Below, one piece after another: positions 20,538-30,420 of a DNA stretch of 64,000 nt. The stretch comes from an uncultured Spirochaetia bacterium (GTDB lineage Bacteria; Spirochaetota; Spirochaetia; CAKZLE01). A program made the position numbers and the translations under genes. How positions within the stretch are numbered: position 1 is the stretch's first letter; each line of letters starts with the position of its first letter. The notes beneath the pieces were generated by a model. It was not told where the DNA came from. It saw only the letters and a program-made list of their open reading frames with translations, and searched no databases. Where the stretch lies: the NCBI GenBank assembly GCA_937125225.1, contig CAKZLE010000005.1:14441-78440 (forward strand), in the 5' to 3' direction.

Positions 20538-20574
20538 TTGTGACGTTATAAGCTACTCAATCAAATTGTCACAA
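20538..20574. promoter_or_regulatory. inverted repeat TTGTGAC-N23-GTCACAA in the divergent atpE / 20678-ORF intergenic region
   Basis: Perfect 7-bp arms at 20538-20544 and 20568-20574. Located in the 175-bp divergent promoter region, so a candidate operator. Confidence 0.3.
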
Positions 20575-20677
20575 TTCCGTTAAGGATCAACCAAATCTCT
20601 ACATAACTAAGCCATTCGATTTCGCATAAAACAAACCTACCCAACGCTCTTAAATCACATGGACAACGTCTTTAAGA

Positions 20678-21559
20678 ATGTATATAGTATTGCTCATGAA
20701 TAGAATAATGCGCTATACGATCTGGAAACTCAGGGGCAGAAAGGTTTTTGCACTTGTGGGCCGTAGCGGTACTGGTAAGAGTTTTAGATCAAAACTTGTA
20801 GCTGACAAATATGGGATCGAGTTGATCATCGATGATGGACTCCTTATTAAGGGAGATAAGATCATTGCTGGTAAGTCTGCTAAGAAAGAGAAAGTCTTTC
20901 TTAAAGCAATCAAGACAGCCCTCTTTGATGATGATTCTCATAGAGATGAGGTCTATTCTAGGCTTCAGAAGACTCACTTCAAGAAGATTCTTATAATCGG
21001 CACTTCAGAGAAGATGGTGAACAAGATTGCTTCCCGTCTAAAACTACCAGATCCAGAGAAAGTCATAAAGATCGAAGATCTTGCAAGTAAAGAAGAGATC
21101 GAAACAGCAATTAGGATCAGAAATAGTGAGGGCAAGCATGTAATCCCCGTTCCGACCATAGAAATCTCACGTAATTATTCACAAGAGGTCTATGATTCGA
21201 TGAGAATATTCTTCAAAAACAAGATTCCTCTTCCCTGGAAAAAACAGAAAGTGTTTGAGAAGACGATAGTAAGACCTGAATTCGGTAAAAGAGGTAAAAT
21301 CACCATGTCAGAGGCAGCACTCTCACAAATGGTAGTTCATTGCCTTGATGAGTTCGATGATATGATCCGAGTGAAAAAGGTGGTCATCAAAAATAATCCA
21401 GAAGGTTATCAACTCATGATAAAGCTCAAAGTCCCTATCAAATTTCAGATTTCTGGTTCACTCAAAGAGTTACAGACTTATATAGCAGAAAGTCTGGAAA
21501 GATATGGTGGTGTAATCATCTCTACGATAAATATTGAAGTCGATGATTGGATGAACTAA
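20678..21559 (+). CDS. P-loop NTPase (HprK-like fold?) fused to a C-terminal Asp23/Gls24-like domain; hypothetical
   Basis: Walker A ALVGRSGTGKSF followed by ELIIDDGLLI (compare the HprK pattern G-SG-GKSE…LVADD). The C-terminal roughly 90 aa (ITMSEAALSQMVVHCLDEFDDMIRV...GGVIISTINIEV) resembles the Asp23 alkaline-shock-protein family. Alternative starts at 20696 and 20708. Confidence 0.55.
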   Translation: MYIVLLMNRIMRYTIWKLRGRKVFALVGRSGTGKSFRSKLVADKYGIELIIDDGLLIKGDKIIAGKSAKKEKVFLKAIKTALFDDDSHRDEVYSRLQKTHFKKILIIGTSEKMVNKIASRLKLPDPEKVIKIEDLASKEEIETAIRIRNSEGKHVIPVPTIEISRNYSQEVYDSMRIFFKNKIPLPWKKQKVFEKTIVRPEFGKRGKITMSEAALSQMVVHCLDEFDDMIRVKKVVIKNNPEGYQLMIKLKVPIKFQISGSLKELQTYIAESLERYGGVIISTINIEVDDWMN

Positions 21560-22737
21560 TTAGTCGGTTTGGGAACTTCCCTCTTAGGGGAGACCTTCTT
21601 TCGGCCCTTGCTACCCTTCCGTCTGTTAAACTGCTGTCTTTGATTCTTATGCGGTTGATTCTTAACAGGCTTCCTAACAGCATTCTTTGGGACCTTGATG
21701 CCTGCATGTTTAAAGAAATACTCTACCGATTTCTCGACTTCATAGTTTGGAGGAGTAATAGGAGATATGATCTGTTTGATCTGTTTGAATACAGATCTAA
21801 AGAGTGCAAGACTGTTTTCATATTCATCAGGAAAGACCAGGAAAGGATCTACTAGACCTGCTAGCATCCTTGCTCTAGATACAACCGAGTTCTTCTTAAT
21901 GAGAAAATCCAACGTGGAAAGCGAGTCTAACATCTCCAAGGTCCGAATTTTGTTCTTACCATGTCCGATCTGATTCGAGATCTCAGGAAGAATATGTACG
22001 AATAGTTTATAATAAAGTAATTTCTCTACAATCAGTCTTGAATAACCAGATTGAAGGATCTTGAATACTTCCTCAGTCATTCGTGATGAGGAACAGCGGG
22101 CAAGCTCATTCGCATATTTCTTAATCGCCCTATCCAACCTGAAGGGTATTGAGAAGTTACCAGCAACCGAATACTTGATACATCTGATCATTCGAACAGG
22201 GTCCTCAATGAATGTATCATGCAGAGGTATAATTGAACGCATCTTCCTGTTCTTGATATCTTTGAAAGAATCATTATAATCAACGATCTGTTTTTCAATT
22301 GGATCGAAATAGAGGCCATTGATGGAGAAATCTCTTCTCTTTGCATCCTCTTCAATCGTCCCATAGATATTATTACCCTGTTCAGGATCTATCGTACTTG
22401 ACCGAAATGTGGATACTTCGAATATCTTTTCTTGAAAATAGATATGAACGAGTTTGAATCGTCTACCGATGATCCTTGAATTCCAAAAGAGTTTTCTGAT
22501 CTGCTTTGGAGAAGCATCAGTAGCAATATCAAAATCTTTTGGGCTTTTACCCAGTAAAAGGTCTCTTACTGCCCCACCGACGATATAGGCATCGAAGCCG
22601 TTCTTTTTAAGTTTATCGATGATAAATACAGCATCACGATCAAGAGCTTCCAATTGCATGGAATAATCCTGTTCGGTGTAAACTTTTGCGATAGCTTGGC
22701 GTTTTCCATGTTCATTGATCTTATAACGTATTAGCAT
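21556..22737 (-). CDS. pcnB: poly(A) polymerase I / tRNA nucleotidyltransferase-family protein with a basic C-terminal tail
   Basis: GGAVRDLLLGKSPKDFDIATDA head motif; no HD domain; Lys/Arg-rich C-terminus (KNQPHKNQRQQFNRRKGSKGRKK), typical of PcnB. Confidence 0.8.
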   Translation of the reverse strand: MLIRYKINEHGKRQAIAKVYTEQDYSMQLEALDRDAVFIIDKLKKNGFDAYIVGGAVRDLLLGKSPKDFDIATDASPKQIRKLFWNSRIIGRRFKLVHIYFQEKIFEVSTFRSSTIDPEQGNNIYGTIEEDAKRRDFSINGLYFDPIEKQIVDYNDSFKDIKNRKMRSIIPLHDTFIEDPVRMIRCIKYSVAGNFSIPFRLDRAIKKYANELARCSSSRMTEEVFKILQSGYSRLIVEKLLYYKLFVHILPEISNQIGHGKNKIRTLEMLDSLSTLDFLIKKNSVVSRARMLAGLVDPFLVFPDEYENSLALFRSVFKQIKQIISPITPPNYEVEKSVEYFFKHAGIKVPKNAVRKPVKNQPHKNQRQQFNRRKGSKGRKKVSPKREVPKPTN

Positions 22738-22846
22738 TTATATAATTCTCATATTGATTGAAGTTATTATCTTAATTAGGTATTATTAACCTAGCAATTA
22801 TTTCGATTTTTAACAACTAGTGAATAGTTAAATATACTAGTTTACT

Positions 22847-22853
22847 GATAAAA
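22847..22853 (+). promoter_or_regulatory. Shine-Dalgarno AAAGGAG for hisS
   Basis: AAAGGAG lies 9 nt upstream of the ATG at 22863. Confidence 0.6.
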
Positions 22854-22862
22854 GGAGTACCC

Positions 22863-24185
22863 ATGATCATCGAACCAAGAGTATTGAAAGGATTTAGAGA
22901 CTCTCTACCCAAACAGGAGCTCAAGAAAAGAGATCTTATTCATTCTCTGGAGATGAAGTTCAGATCGTTTGGATTCGAACCAATCGATACCCCAGTTCTT
23001 GAATATACTGAAGTCCTTCTCGGAAAAGGCAGTGGAGAGACAGATAAACAGATCTATCGATTCAAAGATAATGGTAAACGAGATGTAGCTATGCGTTTTG
23101 ACCTAACTGTACCCTTTGCTAGATATATGGCTGGTCATATCCATGAGTTATACGAACCTTTCAAACGCTACCATATCGCAAAGGTATGGAGAGGGGAGAA
23201 CACTCAGAGAGGAAGATACAGAGAGTTCTTTCAGTGTGATTTCGATATCGTGGGAGTAGATACTCTTTCAGCCGATTTTGAAATCCTCCTGATGATGTAT
23301 CAGTCTTTAAAGGGTATTGGGATAGAAGCCTTTACCATCAAAGTATCACACAGAGGTGTTTTCAATGCCTTTCTAGACCGTTATGATATACAGGAAAAAT
23401 CCACAGAGATTCTCAGAATAGTTGATAAACTCGCTAAAATTGGTAGAGAAAATGTGATCTCTCAACTCAATGAACTGATAGATGAGAAGATAGCACTTTC
23501 GATCCTCTCTTTCATCGAAGACAAGGGGTCGTTCAAAACGACTTTCGAAAATATGGTCGAACTCTCAGGAGGTGTAACTGACGCGTCAAAAAGGCTTTCA
23601 GGAATCTTCGACCTCATTGATTCCTTAGGACTACAAGATTTCTTCATGTTAGACCCCTCAATTACTAGAGGACTTGATTACTATACTGGGATTGTCTATG
23701 AGACTATTCTAGATGCTAACCCCACCATTGGCTCAGTATGTTCTGGTGGCAGATATAATGAACTTGCTTCACTCTATACTAAAAAGTCCCTTCCTGGTGT
23801 TGGAGCATCAATAGGATTAGACAGATTATTGGCGGCCCTTGAAGATAACGAAGACAAAAAGAGTAATGAAAGAACTGTTGATGTCATCGTATTCGATCTT
23901 GATGAAGAACTCCTTTCTGTTTATCACAGGACAGCTCAAGAGCTAAGAACTGCAGGTCTAAGAGTAGAAGTCTTCCCTAAAAAGAAAAAGCTTCCACAAC
24001 AATTCAAATTTGCAGAGAGAAAGGATATACCTTTCGGCATCTTCATTGGGTCTGATGAGGCTGAGAAGGGTGTTCTCACACTGAGAAATCTCGTAGAAAG
24101 AAGTGAACACAAGAATATTACCTGTAGTGATGCTGCAGAAATCATTAATAAAAAATTGGAGATATCGTGTGATAAAACCCCATGA
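22863..24185 (+). CDS. hisS: histidyl-tRNA synthetase
   Basis: 440 aa; class II motifs (…RYHIAKVWRGENTQRGRYREFFQCDFDIVG…, GGRYNEL) plus a C-terminal anticodon-binding domain, so HisS rather than HisZ. Confidence 0.95.
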   Translation: MIIEPRVLKGFRDSLPKQELKKRDLIHSLEMKFRSFGFEPIDTPVLEYTEVLLGKGSGETDKQIYRFKDNGKRDVAMRFDLTVPFARYMAGHIHELYEPFKRYHIAKVWRGENTQRGRYREFFQCDFDIVGVDTLSADFEILLMMYQSLKGIGIEAFTIKVSHRGVFNAFLDRYDIQEKSTEILRIVDKLAKIGRENVISQLNELIDEKIALSILSFIEDKGSFKTTFENMVELSGGVTDASKRLSGIFDLIDSLGLQDFFMLDPSITRGLDYYTGIVYETILDANPTIGSVCSGGRYNELASLYTKKSLPGVGASIGLDRLLAALEDNEDKKSNERTVDVIVFDLDEELLSVYHRTAQELRTAGLRVEVFPKKKKLPQQFKFAERKDIPFGIFIGSDEAEKGVLTLRNLVERSEHKNITCSDAAEIINKKLEISCDKTP

Positions 24186-26706
24186 TCTTCCCGTATACAA
24201 AGAACGAGACAGGATTCTAGAAGAACTTAAAGATAATCAGGTGATCATCGTAGAATCTCCTACCGGTTCAGGGAAGACAACACAACTTCCAATCATCCTG
24301 CATGAAGCTGGATATGCTAAAAACGGCATTATCGGAGTCACACAGCCAAGACGTATCGCAACCCTATCTGTTAGTGATTACATAGCTAAACAGTTCAACA
24401 CTAAAGTTCCCGGGCTTGTCGGCTATAAGATGAGATTTGCAGATAAGACAACAAAAGAGACAGAGTTAAAGGTCATGACTGATGGGATTCTCCTTATGGA
24501 GATGAAAGCCGATAACCTTTTAAGCAAGTACAGTACTCTGATCATCGATGAGGCACATGAACGATCTCTCAATATTGACTTCATATTAGGTCTACTCAAA
24601 GAAATTCTCAAGCAAAGACCTGAATTCCGACTGATCATTTCTTCAGCAACCATCAATCCAACTATATTCTCAGAATATTTTGGAGGTTGTCCAATCATTC
24701 ATATTGATGCGAAGATCTATCCGATCAAGATCATCCATTCTCCTGCGAAGGTTGATGATAATTATGATATGATCATCGCTAAGATTATAGAAATTGTCCG
24801 TAATAGGAATATGAAAAGTATTCCTGGAGACATTCTGATTTTCCTACCTGGTGAAAGGATGATAAAGGACTGTATGTTCGGGATCGCTCATGAATCATGG
24901 TCGAAAGATTTTTTACTCATTCCACTTTTTGGAAGACTCCCAAAAGAGGAACAAGAGAAGGTCTTCATGGAGACTCCAGAAGGGAAGACAAAAGTCGTCA
25001 TTGCAACCAACATAGCAGAAACGAGTATAACCATTGATAATATCACTACCGTGATAGACTCTGGCCTTGCCAAGATGAACTATTATAATCCTAATACCTT
25101 CACCTCCTCTCTTATCGAGGTGCCAGTTTCACAGGCATCCTGTAATCAGAGAAAAGGAAGAGCCGGTCGTACAACATCCGGATACTGTTTCCGTATCTAC
25201 AAACAGGAGAATTTTTCTCAAAGGAATATGTTCACACCCGAAGAGATAAAGAGAACAGATCTTTCAGAAGTAGTTTTAAGAATGGCTGAACTTGGGATAT
25301 ATAATTTTGAAGCGTTTGATTTTATCACCTCACCAGGATTAGAAGGAATCATAAGTGCAGTTAATACCTTGAAACTACTTGATGCTCTCGATTCAGATAA
25401 CCATCTAACCAAGATCGGTGAACTCATGACTGAATTCCCGCTTCTTCCTCGCCATTCTCGAATGATAGTTGAAGCAGTCTATACCTATCCACAGGTCATC
25501 CATGAGTCTGTGATAGCTGCAGCCTTCCTCTCATCACGATCACCATTTACTTTTCCTGTAGGAAAAGAGATAGAATCTCGTGCCATGCAGAACACCTTCT
25601 CAGATAGTTATGGGGACTTTGTCTCTTACTTGAGATTGTTTAAAGTGTATACTAAAGAGGATAATGATAGAGAACGAGAGAAGTTCTGTAAGAAATTCTA
25701 TCTTGATTTTCAAACGATGCAGGAGATAGTGAACATAGTCCTACAATTAGAAGAGATCATTTCCGCCCTTGATATACCAATTTCAGAGGGTGGTTCTATC
25801 CATGACTATCTTTGTGCGGTATCAAAAGGACTTATTCAGTTCGTATGTGTTAAAGATGGTCGAGGAGCTTTTCGTTCCTTGACAGCCCAAAAGATCTTTA
25901 TACATCCAGGATCTTTCATGTTCAAAGAATCACCAAACTATATCGTTGCTGGAGAAGTTGTTAAAACTTCAAGAATGTTTGCCAGATCTGTTTCAGTTCT
26001 CAAGCGTGAATGGATAAAAGAGATCTATCCAGATTTCTTCCCACAGATTAGTACGGCATCAACCGAAAAAGGAAAGAGTAGATCTGATAGAAAGAAACCA
26101 GCATCAATAAAGGATCACGAGAAGATCCTGAATGATAAGAAGACTGGGAATTCAAGAATCATCCTTTATCAAGAATTGTTTGATATTATCCCCTACAAGG
26201 GAAATAAGAAACTAATCGTTATTCCGCTCGAGAAATCTCTACCTCTATATAACTCCTACATGAAAAATCCCAAGGGAATCAGGAATTATCGAGTTAAACT
26301 GACCTATCGATCCTATGATATTCATATTGGTGACAGACTCACTAGTGTGATGAAGATAGTCCCTTACCTAAATCCTAAGGGAGGAATACTTGATGGGCCA
26401 CCGAAAGGTAACTTCAAGATGGAGGATCAGTTTCATCTTCTGATGGATAACCTTGATCAACTATTCAATTTTTGTAAATTGAAAAAACAGAGAAAGGTCT
26501 TGGGTTTTCTAACTATCGAGCACGGGAAAGATGGTGTATTCTGGTTCAAATCGGTAAAGAGTTTTCATACCGCAATTGATCTTGCTCTTTTTAGCATTCA
26601 GATCATCATGGATTCAATGTCCGATTTTGATCAGGTTACCGATGCCGAATTAGACAGAATTAGCTCAATCTATAGAAAAGCCTCTTCGATGTTCGAGAAT
26701 TATTAG
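24103..26706 (+). CDS. hrpA: DEAH-box ATP-dependent RNA helicase HrpA/HrpB family
   Basis: ESPTGSGKTTQLP (motif I), LIIDEAHERS (motif II), SATI, HA2 and OB-like C-terminal regions. Both candidate starts are GTG: 24103 overlaps hisS by 83 nt, and 24167 would be internal. Confidence 0.85.
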   Translation: MNTRILPVVMLQKSLIKNWRYRVIKPHDLPVYKERDRILEELKDNQVIIVESPTGSGKTTQLPIILHEAGYAKNGIIGVTQPRRIATLSVSDYIAKQFNTKVPGLVGYKMRFADKTTKETELKVMTDGILLMEMKADNLLSKYSTLIIDEAHERSLNIDFILGLLKEILKQRPEFRLIISSATINPTIFSEYFGGCPIIHIDAKIYPIKIIHSPAKVDDNYDMIIAKIIEIVRNRNMKSIPGDILIFLPGERMIKDCMFGIAHESWSKDFLLIPLFGRLPKEEQEKVFMETPEGKTKVVIATNIAETSITIDNITTVIDSGLAKMNYYNPNTFTSSLIEVPVSQASCNQRKGRAGRTTSGYCFRIYKQENFSQRNMFTPEEIKRTDLSEVVLRMAELGIYNFEAFDFITSPGLEGIISAVNTLKLLDALDSDNHLTKIGELMTEFPLLPRHSRMIVEAVYTYPQVIHESVIAAAFLSSRSPFTFPVGKEIESRAMQNTFSDSYGDFVSYLRLFKVYTKEDNDREREKFCKKFYLDFQTMQEIVNIVLQLEEIISALDIPISEGGSIHDYLCAVSKGLIQFVCVKDGRGAFRSLTAQKIFIHPGSFMFKESPNYIVAGEVVKTSRMFARSVSVLKREWIKEIYPDFFPQISTASTEKGKSRSDRKKPASIKDHEKILNDKKTGNSRIILYQELFDIIPYKGNKKLIVIPLEKSLPLYNSYMKNPKGIRNYRVKLTYRSYDIHIGDRLTSVMKIVPYLNPKGGILDGPPKGNFKMEDQFHLLMDNLDQLFNFCKLKKQRKVLGFLTIEHGKDGVFWFKSVKSFHTAIDLALFSIQIIMDSMSDFDQVTDAELDRISSIYRKASSMFENY

Positions 26707-27755
26707 GCAGAAACGACCTTTCTGATGATCTCCTCTGAAAGTGGAGTAAGAAAGGTCGTTCCAACACCACTCTGAAGAACAAAATGAACCTTTCCTGCAC
26801 GTTTTTTCTTATCATGAGAGATGATTTTCAGGAAAAGATCGATCTCATCCCTTGGTATCTTGTACTCAATCTCAAAACCGTAATCTTTGAGTAAACTCTT
26901 TACATAATCTGCATATTCTAATTCAGTCTCACCGATTTCAACTCCTACCTCCATCGCACGAGCGATACCCCAAGCAACAGCAGCTCCATGTGACCAAACT
27001 GAAAGATCTGATATAGTTTCCAAAGCATGTCCGAATGTATGTCCAAGATTTAGTTTAGCTCGTTCACCAAGTCTCTCTTTAGGATCCTTCTCGATAAACT
27101 GTTTCTTTACCAGAACAGATTCAAATATCATTCTCTCTAGCAGATCCTTATCAGATCGTTTAGAGATTGGTTCTCTATTATCGGTTATCATATGAAGAAG
27201 TTTCCCTCCGAGAAGTAATCCATGTTTGATAACCTCTGCAAGGCCATTCTTGTATTCCTCTTCAGTCAAAGAAAAGAGTGTATCGGTACAGATATGTACA
27301 CGATCTGCAGGATGGAAAGTCCCAATGATATTCTTGACTTTCGTAAAATCAGCACCAGTTTTCCCACCTAAAGAGGCATCCACCATTGATAGAAGCGTTG
27401 TAGGAACAAGTTCCACTGAAATTCCTCGCATATAGATCGAAGCGGCAAAAGCTGCCATATCACAGATGACACCACCGCCAATCCCAATAATCTTTGAATC
27501 TCTACCAAGTCCTGAGGCTAAAGCAAATTCGATAATCTTCTCAACACTTTCCCACCTCTTAAACTCCTCCCCTGCTGGAAGGACTAACAGGTTGATTCCT
27601 TCATGCTCTGGAAGGATCATCTCAACATTCTGATCGGTTACGAAGACCCGATCATCTTTTTCAGAAAGGATCTCTTCTAATGAAGAGATAACGATATCTG
27701 TGGTAAAACCATCTAAAGTACAACTATTTCTCATACTGTGTTTATACTTCATCAA
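26703..27755 (-). CDS. aroB: 3-dehydroquinate synthase
   Basis: GGGVICDMAAFAASIYMRGISVELVPTTLLSMVDASLGGKTG NAD/metal-binding core of DHQ synthase; 350 aa. Confidence 0.9.
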   Translation of the reverse strand: MMKYKHSMRNSCTLDGFTTDIVISSLEEILSEKDDRVFVTDQNVEMILPEHEGINLLVLPAGEEFKRWESVEKIIEFALASGLGRDSKIIGIGGGVICDMAAFAASIYMRGISVELVPTTLLSMVDASLGGKTGADFTKVKNIIGTFHPADRVHICTDTLFSLTEEEYKNGLAEVIKHGLLLGGKLLHMITDNREPISKRSDKDLLERMIFESVLVKKQFIEKDPKERLGERAKLNLGHTFGHALETISDLSVWSHGAAVAWGIARAMEVGVEIGETELEYADYVKSLLKDYGFEIEYKIPRDEIDLFLKIISHDKKKRAGKVHFVLQSGVGTTFLTPLSEEIIRKVVSA

Positions 27756-27812
27756 TTGTTAAAATTCAACTAAGTAGTTGCATATTTGATTCAATTCTAT
27801 CATGATACAAGG

Positions 27813-28976
27813 ATGAAAGAATTCTATCTTGATTGGGCTGCCACGGCACCGATGTCAGCCTCCGCATTAGACACTTATTGTAAAGCTGCAACACAAGAGT
27901 ATGGGAATCCATCCTCTATCCATCAAAAAGGTAAAGAGGCCGCAAGCACTCTCTCTGAAATAAGAAGAAGATTCGCCAAACTACTGCAAGTGAAGAGCCA
28001 ACACATCTATTTTACCTCTGGTGGGACAGAATCAAATGCTCTGGTATGCAACCATTTCCTCACAAAAAGAAGAAAAATCCATATCATCATGTCAGGGATC
28101 GAACATCCTTCAATCTATGAATATCATTCAGCATTCCTGCAACAGGGCCATGAAATCACCATCGTCCCATCACCACTTGGTGTTATTGATACCAAAGCAC
28201 TCTCTTCAGCTTTACGCAAAGAGACCGCTCTGATCTTACTTATGACCGTGAATAACGTATTAGGGACGAGACAACCTCTAAAAGAAATCCGAAAGATCAT
28301 TGACGACTACTCCTATCGGAAAGGTAGCACAATCCATTTGCATGCAGATTCTGTTCAAGCTTTTGGAAAGATAGCCTCAAATGAATATATGCCTTATGTA
28401 GATTCAGCTTCTTTCAGTGCTCATAAGCTGCAGGGACCAAAAGGTACAGGTATTCTTTATACGAGAAAAGTCATATCTGTAGCATCCCCCGGAGGTGGAC
28501 AGGAGTTAGGATTACGTCCTGGAACAGAAGACCTTCCGGCCATTGCCAGTTTCTATGATGCTGCAGCCCATTATTGTGATAATCTAACCATTAATGAAAG
28601 AAAGACTACCATCCTCAAAGATCATTTAATTGAATTAATAAAAGATGTTCCCTATTTCAAGATTTTGGAAACGGCACCTGATAGATCACCCTATATACTT
28701 TGTATCTCCATCCCTGATCTCCCATCAGAGGTATCAACTAGGGTCCTTAATGATCATGGGATCTATGTATCAACCGGTTCTGCCTGTTCCTCAAAGAACA
28801 GAAAGAAGATGCAGAGAGTCCTTATTCAGAGCGGTTATGATCAGAAAACCTCTGATTCACTCATTAGACTATCTTTTGGACCTACAATGACTTTGTCCGA
28901 TATTGAATCAATAGCTCGACTTATGATAGAAGTTATTGGCAACGTACTCAGACAAATGGGTAAATTGAGGAAGTAA
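27813..28976 (+). CDS. cysteine desulfurase (class V aminotransferase, NifS/IscS-like)
   Basis: PLP-lysine motif SFSAHKLQGPKGTGILY and catalytic Cys near the C-terminus (STGSACSS). The ORF-track start at 27786 is a TTG; the ATG at 27813 (MKEFYLDW...) is preferred. Confidence 0.85.
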   Translation: MKEFYLDWAATAPMSASALDTYCKAATQEYGNPSSIHQKGKEAASTLSEIRRRFAKLLQVKSQHIYFTSGGTESNALVCNHFLTKRRKIHIIMSGIEHPSIYEYHSAFLQQGHEITIVPSPLGVIDTKALSSALRKETALILLMTVNNVLGTRQPLKEIRKIIDDYSYRKGSTIHLHADSVQAFGKIASNEYMPYVDSASFSAHKLQGPKGTGILYTRKVISVASPGGGQELGLRPGTEDLPAIASFYDAAAHYCDNLTINERKTTILKDHLIELIKDVPYFKILETAPDRSPYILCISIPDLPSEVSTRVLNDHGIYVSTGSACSSKNRKKMQRVLIQSGYDQKTSDSLIRLSFGPTMTLSDIESIARLMIEVIGNVLRQMGKLRK

Positions 28977-28979
28977 AAA

Positions 28980-30161
28980 ATGAATACTAGACAATTATAT
29001 CTAATAAAACTTGGTGAGATCTGTCTTAAAGGTGAAAATAGAGCATACTTTGAGAAAAGACTCAAAACAAATATAAAAAAGAAACTAAAACCATTAAAAC
29101 CAACCTTCAGAATTCAGAAAGGAAGATTCTTTCTCGAGACAAATGGGGGACCTCAAGCAGATGAACAGGTCTGCAGAGCTTTAGAGACGACTCCTGGACT
29201 CGTAGGCTTCTCTAAGACCCTTAAACTCTCAAAGGATATTGAGACTCTCAAAGAATCTGCAAAGATTCTTATGAAGGGAGTCTTTGATACCGAGTTGTCT
29301 TTTAAGGTGATTTCTCGTCGTTCAGATAAGTCCTTTCCCATGGACTCATATGAAATCTCCTGTGAACTTGGTGGTGTTATACTTGAAGCCTATCCAAAGG
29401 GCAAGGTCAATGTTAAGAATCCAGATGTCATTATTTATGTAGAGATTCGTGACAAGGCCTATATGTACTCTTCTGCTAGTTCACATAAAGGGCCAAGTGG
29501 TCTTCCTGTAGGTGTCGCGGGAAAAGGTCTTTTATTACTTTCTGGTGGTATAGATTCCCCCGTTGCTGGATACAGAATGGCTGCAAGAGGGCTCAGACAA
29601 GATGCCATCTATTTTCATACCTATCCTTATACATCAGATGAAGCCCTTGAAAAGGTTAAAGATCTAGCAAAACTGATCTCCCCTTACCTCAACGGTACGA
29701 GGTTATTCGTTGTACCGTTTACTAAGGCACAACTTCATATCAACGCTCATTCGAATTCAGAAGAACATACGCTACTCATGAGATATTGTATGGTGAAAAT
29801 CGCAAATATTGTAGCTAAAGAGGTCAGAGCAAAGACCCTTGTTACTGGAGAGTCCTTAAGTCAGGTAGCATCTCAGACCTTGGAGAGTCTCACCTTCACT
29901 GATAGTGCATCAGATATTCCTGTTCTAAGACCTCTTATCGGACTTGATAAAGAGGAGATCATCAATACTGCAAGAGATATTGGAACTTATGAGACCTCAA
30001 TACTACCATATGAAGATTGTTGTACTATCTTTTCTCCAAAACATCCATTGGTCCGGCCTGATAAAGAATTGATGATAGCATCTTATAAGAAGCTTGAGAT
30101 CGAGGAGATGTTACAAGAGGCTGCAGATAATTGTGAAAGATTCGAGTTCACCTACAGTTAG
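28980..30161 (+). CDS. thiI: tRNA 4-thiouridine synthase ThiI (short form, no rhodanese domain)
   Basis: THUMP-like N-terminus and PP-loop LLLLSGGIDSPVAGY; 393 aa, so it lacks the C-terminal rhodanese domain of E. coli ThiI. Confidence 0.9.
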   Translation: MNTRQLYLIKLGEICLKGENRAYFEKRLKTNIKKKLKPLKPTFRIQKGRFFLETNGGPQADEQVCRALETTPGLVGFSKTLKLSKDIETLKESAKILMKGVFDTELSFKVISRRSDKSFPMDSYEISCELGGVILEAYPKGKVNVKNPDVIIYVEIRDKAYMYSSASSHKGPSGLPVGVAGKGLLLLSGGIDSPVAGYRMAARGLRQDAIYFHTYPYTSDEALEKVKDLAKLISPYLNGTRLFVVPFTKAQLHINAHSNSEEHTLLMRYCMVKIANIVAKEVRAKTLVTGESLSQVASQTLESLTFTDSASDIPVLRPLIGLDKEEIINTARDIGTYETSILPYEDCCTIFSPKHPLVRPDKELMIASYKKLEIEEMLQEAADNCERFEFTYS

Positions 30162-30163
30162 GC

Positions 30164-30406
30164 TCATGCAGGATCTTTCTTGTTAGTTGAAGCACTATCA
30201 GATTTCCCAGGACTAGCGCTGTTACTTGATTTATTATCAGTTACATAGAAACCACTACCCTTGAAGATGACACCGAGTCCGCCTCCAATCAGCCGTTTTA
30301 ATTTGCCTTTACATTTTGGGCACTCAGTCAAAAGCTCATCCTGCATCATTTGAAATTCTTCGAACTCAAATCCACAGTTCTGACATCTATAATCGTATGT
30401 GGGCAT
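30164..30406 (-). CDS. FmdB-family zinc-ribbon protein
   Basis: MPTYDYRCQNCGFEFEEF...CPKCKGKLKRL: two CxxC pairs at the N-terminus, the typical FmdB putative regulatory protein. Start moved to the third Met. Confidence 0.7.
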   Translation of the reverse strand: MPTYDYRCQNCGFEFEEFQMMQDELLTECPKCKGKLKRLIGGGLGVIFKGSGFYVTDNKSSNSASPGKSDSASTNKKDPA

Positions 30407-30420
30407 ACCCAACTCCTGTC

